DNA of 64,000 nucleotides, taken from the NCBI GenBank assembly GCA_028867755.1, contig JAGWFT010000001.1, forward strand, positions 612,727-676,726, read 5' to 3'. Both the position numbers and the translations under genes were made by a program. Source of the DNA: Nitrososphaerota archaeon. GTDB lineage: Archaea; Thermoproteota; Nitrososphaeria; Nitrososphaerales; Nitrosopumilaceae. Below the pieces are notes generated by a model that was not told the origin of the DNA, ran no database searches, and saw nothing but the letters and a program-made list of their open reading frames with translations. This document shows positions 47,801 through 57,931 of the stretch, in pieces; the first letter of the stretch is position 1, and each line of letters opens with the position of its first letter.

Positions 47801-49067
47801 CAAGATAACTCCACCAGCTAACATTACATTTGAGGCTACATCGCTTGACAATAACACAGTACCAATAGGCAATGCAACAGCTACCGACATCGAACCAGTC
47901 ACAATCACTAACAACGCATCAAAGACATTCCCACTTGGCAAGACAACAATATTGTGGATTGCTACTGACAAGGCAGGAAACAAGTCTAACGCCACCCAAA
48001 CCATTGATGTTGTAAATACCACTCCTCCAAAGCTAACTGTCCCCTCTACAATAACATTCGAGGCCACTTCATTGAATAATAACACAGTACCAATAGGCAA
48101 TGCAACAGCTACCGACATCGAGCCAGTCACAATCACTAACAACGCATCAAAGACATTCCCACTTGGCAAGACAACAATATTGTGGATTGCAAAGGACACA
48201 TCAAACAATAAAGTAAATGCCACTCAGACTGTTGATGTGGTAGATACAACAGCACCAAAAATTACAGCTCCACATCAGGTCATAGTAAATGCCACAAGTT
48301 CTACAAGCAACAGTGTAAACATTGGTAATGCAACAGCTACTGATAATACTAAAGTAGTTTCCATTACTAGCGACGCTCCTGCAGTATTTCCGTTTGGAAA
48401 CACAACAGTAACTTGGACCGCAAAAGATGTGGCAGGAAATATCGCAACTGCCACCCAACTAGTTGAGGTTGTTGATCATACACCACCACAACTAACAGTT
48501 CCATCTGATATTGTAATCAACGCTACTTCCTTTGCAACTTCGGTTTCAACAGGCCAAGCTACAGCGAGTGGTATCATTGATACTTCACCAAAGATAACAA
48601 ACAACTCTACTGGTATATTCCACATAGGAAAGACTACGGTACAATGGACTGCAGTTGACAAGTTTGGTAATGCCAAAACACTTGATCAAACAATTAATGT
48701 CCTAGCATGTGGCAAGCCAGAATCTTTCTATAATGTAATGATGGGAACTAATAGTAGTGATATCTTAACAGGTTCGCCAGTACCTAATTTGATATTAGGA
48801 CTTGGTGGTAATGATACTATTCACGCAGGTCCAGCAGGAGATTGTATAATTGCAGGAGATGGTAACAACATAATATTTGGAGGTAGTGGAAACGACATGA
48901 TCATTGCAGGTAATGGAAACAATATCATACAAGGAAGTACTGGTAACGAATTGGTCTACGTGGGAACTGGAAGAGACATAATCCAAGGTGGTAGTGGTCA
49001 TAACACATGTTATCTAGGTAACCCAAATACAGACACAGTGGTTAATTGCCAAGCCCAAAAACAATAA
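44892..49067 (+). CDS. Large surface protein: NHL beta-propeller, 12 HYR/Ig-like repeats, RTX-like Ca-binding Gly-rich repeats
   Basis: Signal peptide; six F..P.GIA.DS.GNVYV.D..N.R repeats; ~76-aa DTT.P..T.P...W.A.D..GN units; GxGxD nonapeptide-like repeats at the C-terminus. Confidence 0.9.
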   Translation: MTSSSLRSSLTLVGIIVLVLSSTLFEYAWADGSPPFVVQWGTYGLQTSGKFAFPQGIATDSAGNVYVTDLGNRRVQEFDNNGSFLSTWGIKGSGNGAFEEPAGIAVGGGFIYVVDNDLSFVQKFDMSGHFVMQWGSKGSDNGQFLLPQGIAADSKGNVYVVDTGNSRVEKFNNNGTFLLSIGSSGLGEGQFLSPHGVAVDSYNYVYVTDTGNNRVEKFAQDGTYLQSYGTTTSLKSPIGIAVDKPGNIYVADDGNNRVVEFDSNGNVITWGNSGTGPDFFMEPRDVAVDSVGSVFVVDSDNNRIQKFGSSTPPPQPQSQAQPQTQATGNQTNQNIQAQNQNTVQNTTVSLITDPNEKTLPQITAPPDMTVEATGVLTPVSIGQATATDAVKVVSITNNAPSKFPLGATMITWTAMNAGGNIVKAVQKITIVDTTPPTLTAPPNVTVKATSSNHNTVDLGLPSTYDAVGVESVTNDATPYFPLGQTVVTWKAIDTSGNVATATQTVTVQDTTPPTIKAPADMTVNATGVLTQVNVGQATTTDTVGISSLTNNAPQQGFQLGTTIVTWTAVDAGELTANATQKITVVNHTPPKITPPSDITFEATSATENIIPIGNATATDIEPVTITNNAPSVFPLGKITILWTAKDTSGNTANATQTVNVVDTTAPKITPPANITFEATSLDNNTVPIGNATATDIEPVTITNNASKTFPLGKTTILWTAKDTSGNTANTTQIIDVTHTIPPKITPPPNVTFEATSVSDNTVPIGNATATDIEPVTITNNASKTFPLGKTTILWIATDKAGNKANVTQVINVIDTTTPKLTPPANITFEATSLDNNTVPLGTPKITDIEQVTMTNDAPKSFPIGMTTVTWTAKDTSGNTANATQTVVVKDTTAPNLTPPPNVTFEATSVSDNTVPIGNATATDIEPVTITNNASKTFPLGKTTILWIAKDTSNNKVNATQTVDVVDTTAPKITPPANITFEATSLDNNTVPIGNATATDIEPVTITNNASKTFPLGKTTILWIATDKAGNKSNATQTIDVVNTTPPKLTVPSTITFEATSLNNNTVPIGNATATDIEPVTITNNASKTFPLGKTTILWIAKDTSNNKVNATQTVDVVDTTAPKITAPHQVIVNATSSTSNSVNIGNATATDNTKVVSITSDAPAVFPFGNTTVTWTAKDVAGNIATATQLVEVVDHTPPQLTVPSDIVINATSFATSVSTGQATASGIIDTSPKITNNSTGIFHIGKTTVQWTAVDKFGNAKTLDQTINVLACGKPESFYNVMMGTNSSDILTGSPVPNLILGLGGNDTIHAGPAGDCIIAGDGNNIIFGGSGNDMIIAGNGNNIIQGSTGNELVYVGTGRDIIQGGSGHNTCYLGNPNTDTVVNCQAQKQ
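46650..48245 (+). repeat. Near-identical 228-nt coding tandem repeats
   Basis: ACCAATAGGCAATGCAACAGCTACCGACATCGA recurs at 46721, 46949, 47177, 47633, 47861 and 48089 (period 228). Confidence 0.9.
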
Positions 49068-49136
49068 AACTTCTATCATTTTTTATTGAATAATTTTCAT
49101 ATAGATTATAATGACAATCTATCTTTTTGAAGATAG

Positions 49137-50414
49137 ATGCCAAACTCAAAGAGATTGTTTTTGAGGTCAAAAAAAGTAATTCCATCTGGAATCAACAGTC
49201 CAGTTAGATACTATGATCCTTATCCATTCTTTGTCAAAAAAGCCCAAGGAAGTTCACTTTGGGATGTTGATGGAAATCGCTATTTTGATTTTTGTAATGG
49301 ATATGGTGCGTTATTGTTAGGACATAGGAAAAAAGAAATTATTTCCAGCGTTTTATCTCAGATGAGAAAGGGAACTCTTTACTGTGCACCAACAGAACTT
49401 GAGGTAGAACTGTCTGAATTGATATCAAAAAATTTTCCTTCAATGCAAAAAGTTCGGCTAGTAAATACAGGAAGCGAGGCAACTATGACAGCTATAAGGC
49501 TTGCACGAGGCTTTACAAAAAAGAAAAAGATTATCAAATTTGAAGGATGTTATCATGGAGCACATGATTATGTCTTGGTAAAGGCAGGATCTGGAGCGGC
49601 TCATATTGGTATATCAGTCTCTGATGGAAGTCTTGAAGAAGTTTCAAAGAACACGCTAGTTGCTCAATACAATAATTCTGAGAACCTTGCTTCTATTTTG
49701 GAAAAAGAAAAGGACGTTGCTGCTGTAATAGTGGAACCAGTTCTTGCAAATATGGGTCTTGTACCTCCAGAAAAAAATTTCCTAAGTGATATCAAAAAGA
49801 TTACATCAGAAAATGATAGTCTTTTGATATTTGATGAGGTTGTTACGGGATTTCGTGTGTCTACTGGAGGCGCTCAAAAATCATACTCAGTAGTGCCAGA
49901 TATCACTACTCTTGGTAAAGCACTAGGAAATGGTTTTGTTATTGCAGCAGTTGGAGGAAAAAGCAAGATCATGGATATGCTTTCTCCTGAAGGAAATGTC
50001 TATCAAGCAAGTACGTACGCCGGTAATCCAATATCCGTATCTGCTGCACTTGCCTCTGTAAAAACAATGAACAAAAACAAAGCCAACCTCTATCCTAAAC
50101 TAGAAAAAGCTTGCAAGGCTATGGTCTCAGCTATTGGGGATCTTGCGTCTGATATGAATATACCACACCAAATTAATTCTGTAAGCTCAATGTTTCAAAT
50201 CTTTTTTACAGCTAAAAGAGTGGTTGATTATTCAACAGCAAAGGCATCAGATGTTGCCAAATTTAAAAAATTATTCAAATCACTGTTAAACAATGGAGTA
50301 TTTGTAGCTCCATCGCAATTTGAAACTATTTTCCTTTCATACGCTCATACTGATGAAGATATCAAGAAAACAATTATCGCATACGAAAAAGCGTTAAAGA
50401 CGGTGAAAGAATGA
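49137..50414 (+). CDS. hemL: Glutamate-1-semialdehyde 2,1-aminomutase
   Basis: GINSPVR, NTGSEAT, KFEGCYHG, FDEVVTGFR, TLGKALG. Confidence 0.96.
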   Translation: MPNSKRLFLRSKKVIPSGINSPVRYYDPYPFFVKKAQGSSLWDVDGNRYFDFCNGYGALLLGHRKKEIISSVLSQMRKGTLYCAPTELEVELSELISKNFPSMQKVRLVNTGSEATMTAIRLARGFTKKKKIIKFEGCYHGAHDYVLVKAGSGAAHIGISVSDGSLEEVSKNTLVAQYNNSENLASILEKEKDVAAVIVEPVLANMGLVPPEKNFLSDIKKITSENDSLLIFDEVVTGFRVSTGGAQKSYSVVPDITTLGKALGNGFVIAAVGGKSKIMDMLSPEGNVYQASTYAGNPISVSAALASVKTMNKNKANLYPKLEKACKAMVSAIGDLASDMNIPHQINSVSSMFQIFFTAKRVVDYSTAKASDVAKFKKLFKSLLNNGVFVAPSQFETIFLSYAHTDEDIKKTIIAYEKALKTVKE

Positions 50415-51346
50415 TGTATCTTGTAGGTGCAAGGGGAAGTCGTCTCTCTCTTGCTCAAACTAATTGGGTAATCTCAGAACTGAAAAAGAAAGCACCACAA
50501 ACACAATTTCAGATAGTTCCAATAAAAACAAAAGGCGACACAGATGCAAGACCGCTTTTTACTATAAACCAAAAAGGAATATTCGAAAAGGAGATAGATA
50601 AAGCAGTAGCTGAAAAAAAAGTAGATTTTGCAGTACATAGCTTAAAAGATGTTCCAGCAGATCTACCAGAAGATCTTGTTCTTGCCTGTATTCCAAAGAG
50701 GGAACCAGCTAACGATATCTTCATCTCAAAAGGTGGTAAGACTTTGAATGCAATGAAAAAAGGAGCAGTCATTGGAACAAGCAGCCTGAGAAGAGCAGTG
50801 CAGATATCAAGACAGAGACCAGATTTGATAGTAAAACCAATCCGAGGAAACATAGAAACAAGAATCAAAAAAATCGATGAGGAACAATTTGATGGTATAG
50901 TTTTGGCTCAAGCTGGTATACAAAGACTGGGCCTTGATGTAAAATTTGAAAGGCTCACCATGGAGAGCTTTATGCCTTCTCCAGGTCAGGGTGCTTTGGC
51001 TATAGTGGCAAGAAAAGATAGTCTTGAATTAATTGAACTGTTAAAAAAAATCGAGGATCCTACTTCTAGGATTGCCATCGAAGCTGAAAGGTCATTGTCT
51101 TTGTTCGTGGATTCGGGCTGTAGGTTTCCTGTAGGGGCTTTTGCTGCTCAGGATGGGGATAAACTAACCCTTAATGTTACAGTGTATTCTGTAGATGGCA
51201 GCAAATTTATCTCAGTTAAAAAAGATTTGCCACTAACACAGGCTGAAGAGCTTGGAAAACAGGTCGCATCAGAACTCTTATCAAAAGGAATAGAAGAGCT
51301 AGCAAAGAACTGGAGAGAAAAGGTAGAGGAATGGAATAAAAAATGA
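50411..51346 (+). CDS. hemC: Hydroxymethylbilane synthase (porphobilinogen deaminase)
   Basis: GARGSRLSLAQ, KGIFEKE, VHSLKDVP, GTSSLRR, RGNIETR, SGCRFP. Confidence 0.96.
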   Translation: MMYLVGARGSRLSLAQTNWVISELKKKAPQTQFQIVPIKTKGDTDARPLFTINQKGIFEKEIDKAVAEKKVDFAVHSLKDVPADLPEDLVLACIPKREPANDIFISKGGKTLNAMKKGAVIGTSSLRRAVQISRQRPDLIVKPIRGNIETRIKKIDEEQFDGIVLAQAGIQRLGLDVKFERLTMESFMPSPGQGALAIVARKDSLELIELLKKIEDPTSRIAIEAERSLSLFVDSGCRFPVGAFAAQDGDKLTLNVTVYSVDGSKFISVKKDLPLTQAEELGKQVASELLSKGIEELAKNWREKVEEWNKK

Positions 51347-52086
51347 AAGGCAAAGTTTTCATTGTAGGAGCAGGTCCTGGTGATCCTAAGCTTATCACTC
51401 TCAAGGCTGTTGAAGCAATCAAGTTAGCTGATGTAGTACTGTATGATAGGTTAGTAAGTAAGAAAATAATCAACATGATTCCAAAAAAAGCTGAAAGCGT
51501 ATATGTTGGAAGAGATGTGGGTGATGATTACAAACATCAAGATGTAACAAATGAATTGATGGTAAAATATGCTAAAGCAAAAAGAAATGTCGTTAGACTA
51601 AAGGGGGGAGATCCATTCATTTTTGGAAGGGGAGGAGAGGAAGCAGAATTTCTCAGAGATCATAAAATCAAATACGAAATTATTCCTGGAATAACATCTG
51701 GAATAGGCTCTGCAGAATATTCAGGGATACCGCTGACTCATAGAGATTATGCATCATCTGTAGTGTTTGTTACCGGTCATGAGGATGCAAAAAAGACTCA
51801 AGGTATTGTAAACTGGAAAAAGTTGGCCAAGTCTGTTGATACTATAGTGATAATGATGGGGCTTTCAAGACTTGAGATAATTTCAAAGAATCTAATCAGT
51901 GGTGGCCTTGACAAGAATACTCCTGTTGCAGTAATTCAGAATGGTACTACTGATAAACACAAGATGATAAAGGGAAATTTGACAAACATTGCACGGAAGA
52001 TTCGTGAATCAAAAATAAGACCTCCATCTATAATTATAATAGGTAAAGTTGTCTCTCTCTCAGAGACGATAGGGTGGAGAAAGTGA
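51343..52086 (+). CDS. cobA: Uroporphyrinogen-III C-methyltransferase
   Basis: GAGPGDPKLIT, LYDRL, RLKGGDPFIFGRGGEE, GIPLTHR. Confidence 0.96.
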   Translation: MKGKVFIVGAGPGDPKLITLKAVEAIKLADVVLYDRLVSKKIINMIPKKAESVYVGRDVGDDYKHQDVTNELMVKYAKAKRNVVRLKGGDPFIFGRGGEEAEFLRDHKIKYEIIPGITSGIGSAEYSGIPLTHRDYASSVVFVTGHEDAKKTQGIVNWKKLAKSVDTIVIMMGLSRLEIISKNLISGGLDKNTPVAVIQNGTTDKHKMIKGNLTNIARKIRESKIRPPSIIIIGKVVSLSETIGWRK

Positions 52087-52877
52087 TACAGGGAAAAATC
52101 ATAGCAATAACAAGATCCAAGGAGGACTCAGAAGAGTTTGTTAGCTTAATTACAGGAGAAAAGGCACATGCAATCTCACTTCCAACAATAGAACTTGTCA
52201 GCAAAGGAGATGAAATGGTAGATGAATTTCTAAATGCCGTAAAGGAAGAAGATCCAGACTTTTCTGTATTTATGAGCTCAAAAGCTGTAAAACTGCTTTT
52301 TGACACTGCTAGAAAGATCTCAAAATATGAAAAGCTACAACTAGGAGTAGCAAATACTACAGTAATTGCGGTTGGTCCCAAAACAAAGGTTGCTCTTGAA
52401 GCTGAAGGAATCAGAGTTGCATACGTACCAGAAAGATTCTCGTCAGTAGGCGTTGGTGAAGTCTTTACACGTCTTAACGCGGAAGGAAAAAAAGTAATTG
52501 TACCAAGAAGTGGAGCGTCTACACCGTTTCTGGCTCAACTTCTAGAGAAGATAGGTCTACGAGTAAAAGAAGTCTACTTGTATGATGTCAAGTCTCACAG
52601 CGATTTGACACAGTGGGTAGAATTCAAACAATTATTCTCAGAGAATAAGGTAGATGGTATAGTCTTTACAAGTGTATCGTCTGTACAAGCATTCTTTGAA
52701 ATTATGCTTGGTGATACAGATGAAAATATATTAAAAACAAATCTGGAAAAAACAACTGTTGTGGCAATAGGGCCATTCACTGCAGACGAATTGAAAAAAT
52801 TTAGAATAAATCCAATTATTGCAGATGTTCATACTGTATCAGGTGCTGTAGAAACAATAAAGAATTGCCTTTGTTAG
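52074..52877 (+). CDS. hemD: Uroporphyrinogen-III synthase
   Basis: IAITRS, FMSSKAV, AVGPKT, FTSVSSV, AIGPFTA; heme cluster context. Confidence 0.92.
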   Translation: MEKVIQGKIIAITRSKEDSEEFVSLITGEKAHAISLPTIELVSKGDEMVDEFLNAVKEEDPDFSVFMSSKAVKLLFDTARKISKYEKLQLGVANTTVIAVGPKTKVALEAEGIRVAYVPERFSSVGVGEVFTRLNAEGKKVIVPRSGASTPFLAQLLEKIGLRVKEVYLYDVKSHSDLTQWVEFKQLFSENKVDGIVFTSVSSVQAFFEIMLGDTDENILKTNLEKTTVVAIGPFTADELKKFRINPIIADVHTVSGAVETIKNCLC

Positions 52878-53067
52878 TATCTTTTACATCTGACATTTTG
52901 CTAGAATTCAGAAATTTCTAAAATGTTATTCTAAGATCTTGTAATAAGATTGTTAGCTCGACCTAAGGGAATTTCATTTGAGGATTATCGTTTAAGATCA
53001 TATTGTATTAGTTTGCATGCATTTAGCTTGGCCTACTCCGCTGTACATGTATGAAGAGGTGTGTAAC

Positions 53068-53092
53068 TTTTTTATAACATAACGGAGTTATA
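53068..53092 (+). promoter_or_regulatory. TATA-like element overlapped by a TATAAC-N8-GTTATA palindrome upstream of sufB
   Basis: TTTTTTATAA, with an inverted repeat at 53073-53078 / 53087-53092, 6 nt before the ATG. Confidence 0.45.
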
Positions 53093-53098
53093 CGAACT

Positions 53099-54499
53099 AT
53101 GACGACTGAGAACCTTAACATGGATTATACTAAATATGATTTCAAAAATTCCACCGAGATGTATGTCTACACAAGCAAAAAGGGGTTGTCAAGAGAAGTA
53201 GTTGAGGAGATTAGTAAACTAAAGGGGGAACCACAATGGATGCTCGACTTTAGACTCCGCTCATACGATATCTTTATGAAAAAACCAATGCCAAATTGGG
53301 GTGCAGATCTCAAAATTATCGATTTTAACAACATATACTATTATGCCAAAGCTTCTGAAAAAACAGAAAAAGACTGGGACAGTGTTCCAGCAGAAGTAAA
53401 GGCAACCTTTGATAAACTTGGAATTCCAGAAGCCGAAAAGAAATTTCTGGCTGGAGTTGGGGCTCAATATGAATCCGAAGTTGTATATCATAGTCTAAGA
53501 GACGATCTTACAAAGAAAGGAGTACTCTTCCTTGACACAGATTCTGCTCTAAAAGAACATCCTGAAATTTTCAAGAAATATTTCGGTAAAATAATTCCAC
53601 CAGAAGATAACAAATTTGCTGCACTTAACAGTGCAGTGTGGAGTGGTGGGTCGTTTATTTATGTTCCAAAGGGCGTAAAGGTAGACTTGCCATTACAAGC
53701 GTACTTTAGAATTAACAAGGAGAACATAGGTCAGTTTGAAAGGACATTGATAATTGCTGATGAAGGAGCAGAGGTTCACTATATTGAAGGATGCACGGCT
53801 CCTGTTTACTCATCAGAATCACTACATTCTGCAGTTGTTGAATTAATTGCAATGAAAGGTGCCAAGTTAAGGTATACTACAATTCAGAACTGGAGTAATG
53901 ATGTTTACAATTTAGTGACAAAGAGAGCATATGCATACGAAGGTGCTAGAGTTGAATGGATTGACGGTAACATTGGAAGCAGAGTCACCATGAAATATCC
54001 TGGGGTATATCTTCTTGGACAAAGAGCACATGGCGAGACATTATCAATTGCATTTGCAGGAAAGAACCAACACCAAGACACTGGTGCAAAAATGGTTCAC
54101 CTTGCTCCATATACTACATCTAGAACTACATCTAAATCGGTAAGCAAGAATAACGGCAGAACTACATATCGAGGACTCTTACATGTAGCAAAAGGTGCAA
54201 CAAATGTCAAAGCTTCAGTAAGATGCGATGCTCTTTTACTTGATGATACATCAAAAACCGATACTTATCCTTACATGGAAATTAACCAAGAGGATGCAAC
54301 AGTTACTCATGAAGCAACTGTTGGTAAGATAGGTGACGAGCAAATATTTTATCTGATGACAAGAGGCTTTACCGAAGAAGAAGCACTCACTCTTATTGTA
54401 AACGGATTCATTGAGCCATTTACTAAAGAGCTACCGATGGAATATGCGGTTGAGCTCAACAGACTAATCAAACTTGAAATGGATGGCTCAGTCGGCTAG
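53099..54499 (+). CDS. sufB: Fe-S cluster assembly scaffold SufB
   Basis: [47 protein letters not shown]. Confidence 0.96.
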   Translation: MTTENLNMDYTKYDFKNSTEMYVYTSKKGLSREVVEEISKLKGEPQWMLDFRLRSYDIFMKKPMPNWGADLKIIDFNNIYYYAKASEKTEKDWDSVPAEVKATFDKLGIPEAEKKFLAGVGAQYESEVVYHSLRDDLTKKGVLFLDTDSALKEHPEIFKKYFGKIIPPEDNKFAALNSAVWSGGSFIYVPKGVKVDLPLQAYFRINKENIGQFERTLIIADEGAEVHYIEGCTAPVYSSESLHSAVVELIAMKGAKLRYTTIQNWSNDVYNLVTKRAYAYEGARVEWIDGNIGSRVTMKYPGVYLLGQRAHGETLSIAFAGKNQHQDTGAKMVHLAPYTTSRTTSKSVSKNNGRTTYRGLLHVAKGATNVKASVRCDALLLDDTSKTDTYPYMEINQEDATVTHEATVGKIGDEQIFYLMTRGFTEEEALTLIVNGFIEPFTKELPMEYAVELNRLIKLEMDGSVG

Positions 54500-54529
54500 T
54501 CCGATCTGGCAATCACACTCTGAACAGCT

Positions 54530-55930
54530 ATGTCATCTTTTGTTCTGTCTAAGCTTGGTGTAAATCATCTAGATGAAATCTCTGAAGCTAACAACGAACC
54601 AACTTGGCTAAAAGACTATAGGAAGAATTCGTTTTCAATTTACGAGAAACTACCACCTGAGGTCTCTCCACTTTATAATAAATACACGGATGCCAATAGA
54701 ATGGATTCGTCTCAAGTGACTTTCTCTTTAAGCTCAGATACTACATTACCTGATTTTGTAAATGATAGACTATCTGAGATTTCAAATAATCCAAATATAG
54801 TTCAGATAGGGACGAATATTTCAAAGATAAATATTCCTTCAGAGTTAAAATCAAAAGGTCTTGTTGTATGCTCAATTCAGGATGCCATAAAAGAACATGA
54901 GGATAAGATAAAGAAAATATTTGAAAAAATTGATGCTACTAGAGACAAATACATAGCACTCAATAATGCATTTTTCAATTCTGGAATATTCATATATGTA
55001 CCACGAAACGTAGTTTTAGAAAAACCAATTCACATAATTTCATCTTTATCTCTTGATCAGACCTCCACTATCTCAAGAAACATTGTGATGGGAGATGAAA
55101 ATAGTAAGGCATCAATAGTTCAAGAGATTTATGCACCAAAATCTGATAAACAACAGGCCTATCTAGAAGTTCTTGATGTTACTGCTAATCCAAATAGTCA
55201 GCTTGAACTTGTGACGCTGCAAGCAATGGATCAAAATGCAGTAAACTTTTCATCAAGAACTGCAAGAATTGCTCAAGATGCAAAAATGAGCTGGTATCTT
55301 GGGTTGTTTGGCTCGTATCTTTCAAGATACAAGGTTGATAATTATCTCAATGGAACAGGTGCAAATGCACATGACACTGAAGTAGTATTTGGAAACAAGA
55401 ATCAATCATTTGACTTGGCTTCTAATTTGATACATAATGCTCCATCTACCGTTGGTAGGGTATTGGAAAAATCAGTTCTTAAAGATACTTCAAAATCTCT
55501 CTTTAAGGGAATGATCAGAATTGAAAAAGATGCACAACACTCTGAATCATATCTTGCAGGCCACTCAATCTTGTTAGATAAGGGGGCAAAATCAGACTCC
55601 ATTCCAGGCCTTGAAATACTAACAAATGATGTAAAGGCAACACATTCGGCCTCGGTTGCTCAGATGGATGAGGAACAGTTATTCTATCTTGCTACTCGAT
55701 GTTTGAACAAACCAGGAGCACAAAAAATCATAGTAGAAGGATTTCTTGAACCGCTATCAAGAAAGATGTCATACCAGATTCGTGCCTGGATTAGTTATCT
55801 TATTGAATCAAAATGGCTTGGCGGAGACCTTAAGATCAAAACAGATGAACAACTCAAAGCAATACTGGAAGTAGAAGAGACAAGATATCGTGAGACCGAT
55901 ATCTTCGAAAGCCATTACAAGTATAGGTGA
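54530..55930 (+). CDS. sufD: Fe-S cluster assembly protein SufD (SufBD family)
   Basis: ALNNAFFNSG, FKGMIRI, PGLEILTNDVKATHSASV, EQLFYL. Confidence 0.9.
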   Translation: MSSFVLSKLGVNHLDEISEANNEPTWLKDYRKNSFSIYEKLPPEVSPLYNKYTDANRMDSSQVTFSLSSDTTLPDFVNDRLSEISNNPNIVQIGTNISKINIPSELKSKGLVVCSIQDAIKEHEDKIKKIFEKIDATRDKYIALNNAFFNSGIFIYVPRNVVLEKPIHIISSLSLDQTSTISRNIVMGDENSKASIVQEIYAPKSDKQQAYLEVLDVTANPNSQLELVTLQAMDQNAVNFSSRTARIAQDAKMSWYLGLFGSYLSRYKVDNYLNGTGANAHDTEVVFGNKNQSFDLASNLIHNAPSTVGRVLEKSVLKDTSKSLFKGMIRIEKDAQHSESYLAGHSILLDKGAKSDSIPGLEILTNDVKATHSASVAQMDEEQLFYLATRCLNKPGAQKIIVEGFLEPLSRKMSYQIRAWISYLIESKWLGGDLKIKTDEQLKAILEVEETRYRETDIFESHYKYR

Positions 55931-56247
55931 GTGTGTTGTCAGAATGGATCAATGTTTGTGATATCAGTGAGTTGAAAAAAGGAGACATGCTTGATTTTGA
56001 TTACAAGGACAAAAAAATCCTTTTAGCAAATCTTGACGGAAAGATTTACGCGACAGACAGGATTTGTACCCATGCAGAGGCAGACCTTTCTACAGGAATT
56101 TTGAACGAGGAGGGAGTCACATGTCCATTACATCTTTCAACATTCAATCTTAAGACTGGGGTACCTCAAAATCTTCCAGCTGAAATACCGCTAAAAATCT
56201 ACAATGTTAAAATAGAACAAAATGAAATCTATGTCGAGGTAGAATAA
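55927..56247 (+). CDS. Rieske-type [2Fe-2S] ferredoxin
   Basis: CTH...CPLH ligands. Confidence 0.92.
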   Translation: MSVLSEWINVCDISELKKGDMLDFDYKDKKILLANLDGKIYATDRICTHAEADLSTGILNEEGVTCPLHLSTFNLKTGVPQNLPAEIPLKIYNVKIEQNEIYVEVE

Positions 56248-56248
56248 T

Positions 56249-57493
56249 TTGCAAACAAGTGTGATAAATATTGAAAATATTAGAAACGATTTCCCAATTC
56301 TAAAACGTAAAGTTCACAAGGACAAAGCCTTGGTCTACTTTGATAACGCAGCAACCACCCAAAAGCCAATACAAGTCATTGATGCAATAAGCAACTATTA
56401 TCTGAATTATAACTCAAACATTCATAGAGCAGTTCATGAATTGGCAGAAGAAGCAACAATAGCGTACGAGACTACACGAGATAAGATTGCAAAATTCGTA
56501 AATGTAAAAAATCGAGAAGAGATAATTTTCGTTAGGGGAACAACAGAAGCAATTAATCTGGTTGCTTACGCTTGGGGAAGACAAAATGTTAACAAGGATG
56601 ACATTATAATTACCACCGAATATGAGCACCATAGCAATATTGTTCCGTGGCAGCTACTGACAAAAGAAAAAGGCGCAAGACTGGAGTATATCGGTGTTGA
56701 TGATAATGGGGAACTCTTACTTGATCAACTTGACAAATACCTAGAAACTGGCAGAGTAAAACTTGTTACATTCAGTCAGATGTCAAACGTTCTTGGTACA
56801 ATAACTGACTCTGAAGAGATTATACGACGTTGTAAGAAAAAGGGAGCTAAAGTATTAGTTGATGGCGCTCAGTCCGTCCCGCATCTGAAAGTAGATCTAC
56901 AAAAACTAGACTGTGACTTTTTTGCATTCTCTGCACATAAGATGTTAGGACCGACAGGTGTTGGTGTACTCTGGGCACGAAAAGAATTGCTTGAGAATAT
57001 GGTTCCATTTAATGGAGGTGGAGATATGATTCGTGAAGTACACAAATATGAAACAACATGGAATGATTTACCATACAAGTTTGAGGCAGGCACACCAAAT
57101 ATTGCAGACGTGATTGGATTTTCTGCTGCAATAGATTATCTTGAAAAAATAGGAATGGATAAGGTGCGTGAGCATGAGATCGAGATAACAAAGTATGCCC
57201 TTGACAAGATTTCAGAAATAAAGGGAATAAAGCTATACGGACCAATGGATACTGCAAAAAGAGGTGGTGTGATATCATTTAACTTGGGAGATATTCATCC
57301 ACATGATCTTGCAACTATAATTGATGAAGATGGAGTGGCTATTAGATCAGGACACCACTGTGCGCAGGTATTGATGGAAAGACTTGATGTTTCTGCAACT
57401 TCTCGCGCAAGCTTTTATATTTATAATACAAAAGATGAAGTAGATGTTTTCGTCAAGTCTCTCTATAGGGCAAAGGAGTTGTTTAGACTTTGA
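56249..57493 (+). CDS. sufS: Cysteine desulfurase SufS
   Basis: YFDNAATTQKP, EHHSN, SAHKMLGPTG, EAGTPN, RSGHHCA. Confidence 0.96.
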   Translation: MQTSVINIENIRNDFPILKRKVHKDKALVYFDNAATTQKPIQVIDAISNYYLNYNSNIHRAVHELAEEATIAYETTRDKIAKFVNVKNREEIIFVRGTTEAINLVAYAWGRQNVNKDDIIITTEYEHHSNIVPWQLLTKEKGARLEYIGVDDNGELLLDQLDKYLETGRVKLVTFSQMSNVLGTITDSEEIIRRCKKKGAKVLVDGAQSVPHLKVDLQKLDCDFFAFSAHKMLGPTGVGVLWARKELLENMVPFNGGGDMIREVHKYETTWNDLPYKFEAGTPNIADVIGFSAAIDYLEKIGMDKVREHEIEITKYALDKISEIKGIKLYGPMDTAKRGGVISFNLGDIHPHDLATIIDEDGVAIRSGHHCAQVLMERLDVSATSRASFYIYNTKDEVDVFVKSLYRAKELFRL

Positions 57494-57930
57494 GTAGTGC
57501 AGATATTTACAGAGAGATTATACTAGACTATTACAGAAATCCAAGAAACTACGGCAAGCTCACAAATCCTGACATAGCTCAGAGAGATAGCAATCCGCTT
57601 TGTGGGGATGAACTTGAAATGCATCTTAACATAAAAGACAACAACGTGGTAGATGTCAAATTCACTGGCAAAGGATGTGCTATAAGCCAAGCAAGTGCAT
57701 CGATGCTTACTGAACTTATCATGGGTAAGAGCTTTGAAGATGTAAAGAAACTTTCTAAAGAGGATATATTGGACAACCTTGGTCTGCATGACCTTGGACC
57801 AGCCAGAATAAAATGTGCTCTATTATCACTTAAGGTTCTAAAATCTGGTCTATACTCTTATCTCTCAGAAAAATTACAAGATGCGGCATCTGCAGACAAG
57901 ATAAAAGAAGAAGCGTCAGGTCTCTACTGA
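57490..57930 (+). CDS. sufU: SUF system scaffold/sulfur transfer protein SufU (NifU/IscU-like)
   Basis: NPLCGD, GCAISQAS, RIKCA. Confidence 0.93.
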   Translation: MSSADIYREIILDYYRNPRNYGKLTNPDIAQRDSNPLCGDELEMHLNIKDNNVVDVKFTGKGCAISQASASMLTELIMGKSFEDVKKLSKEDILDNLGLHDLGPARIKCALLSLKVLKSGLYSYLSEKLQDAASADKIKEEASGLY

Positions 57931-57931
57931 C

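Noticed and set aside
46650-48245. Regularly spaced repeats as a CRISPR array
   Set aside because: The period is 228 nt, in frame inside a CDS, with no unique spacers and no cas genes.
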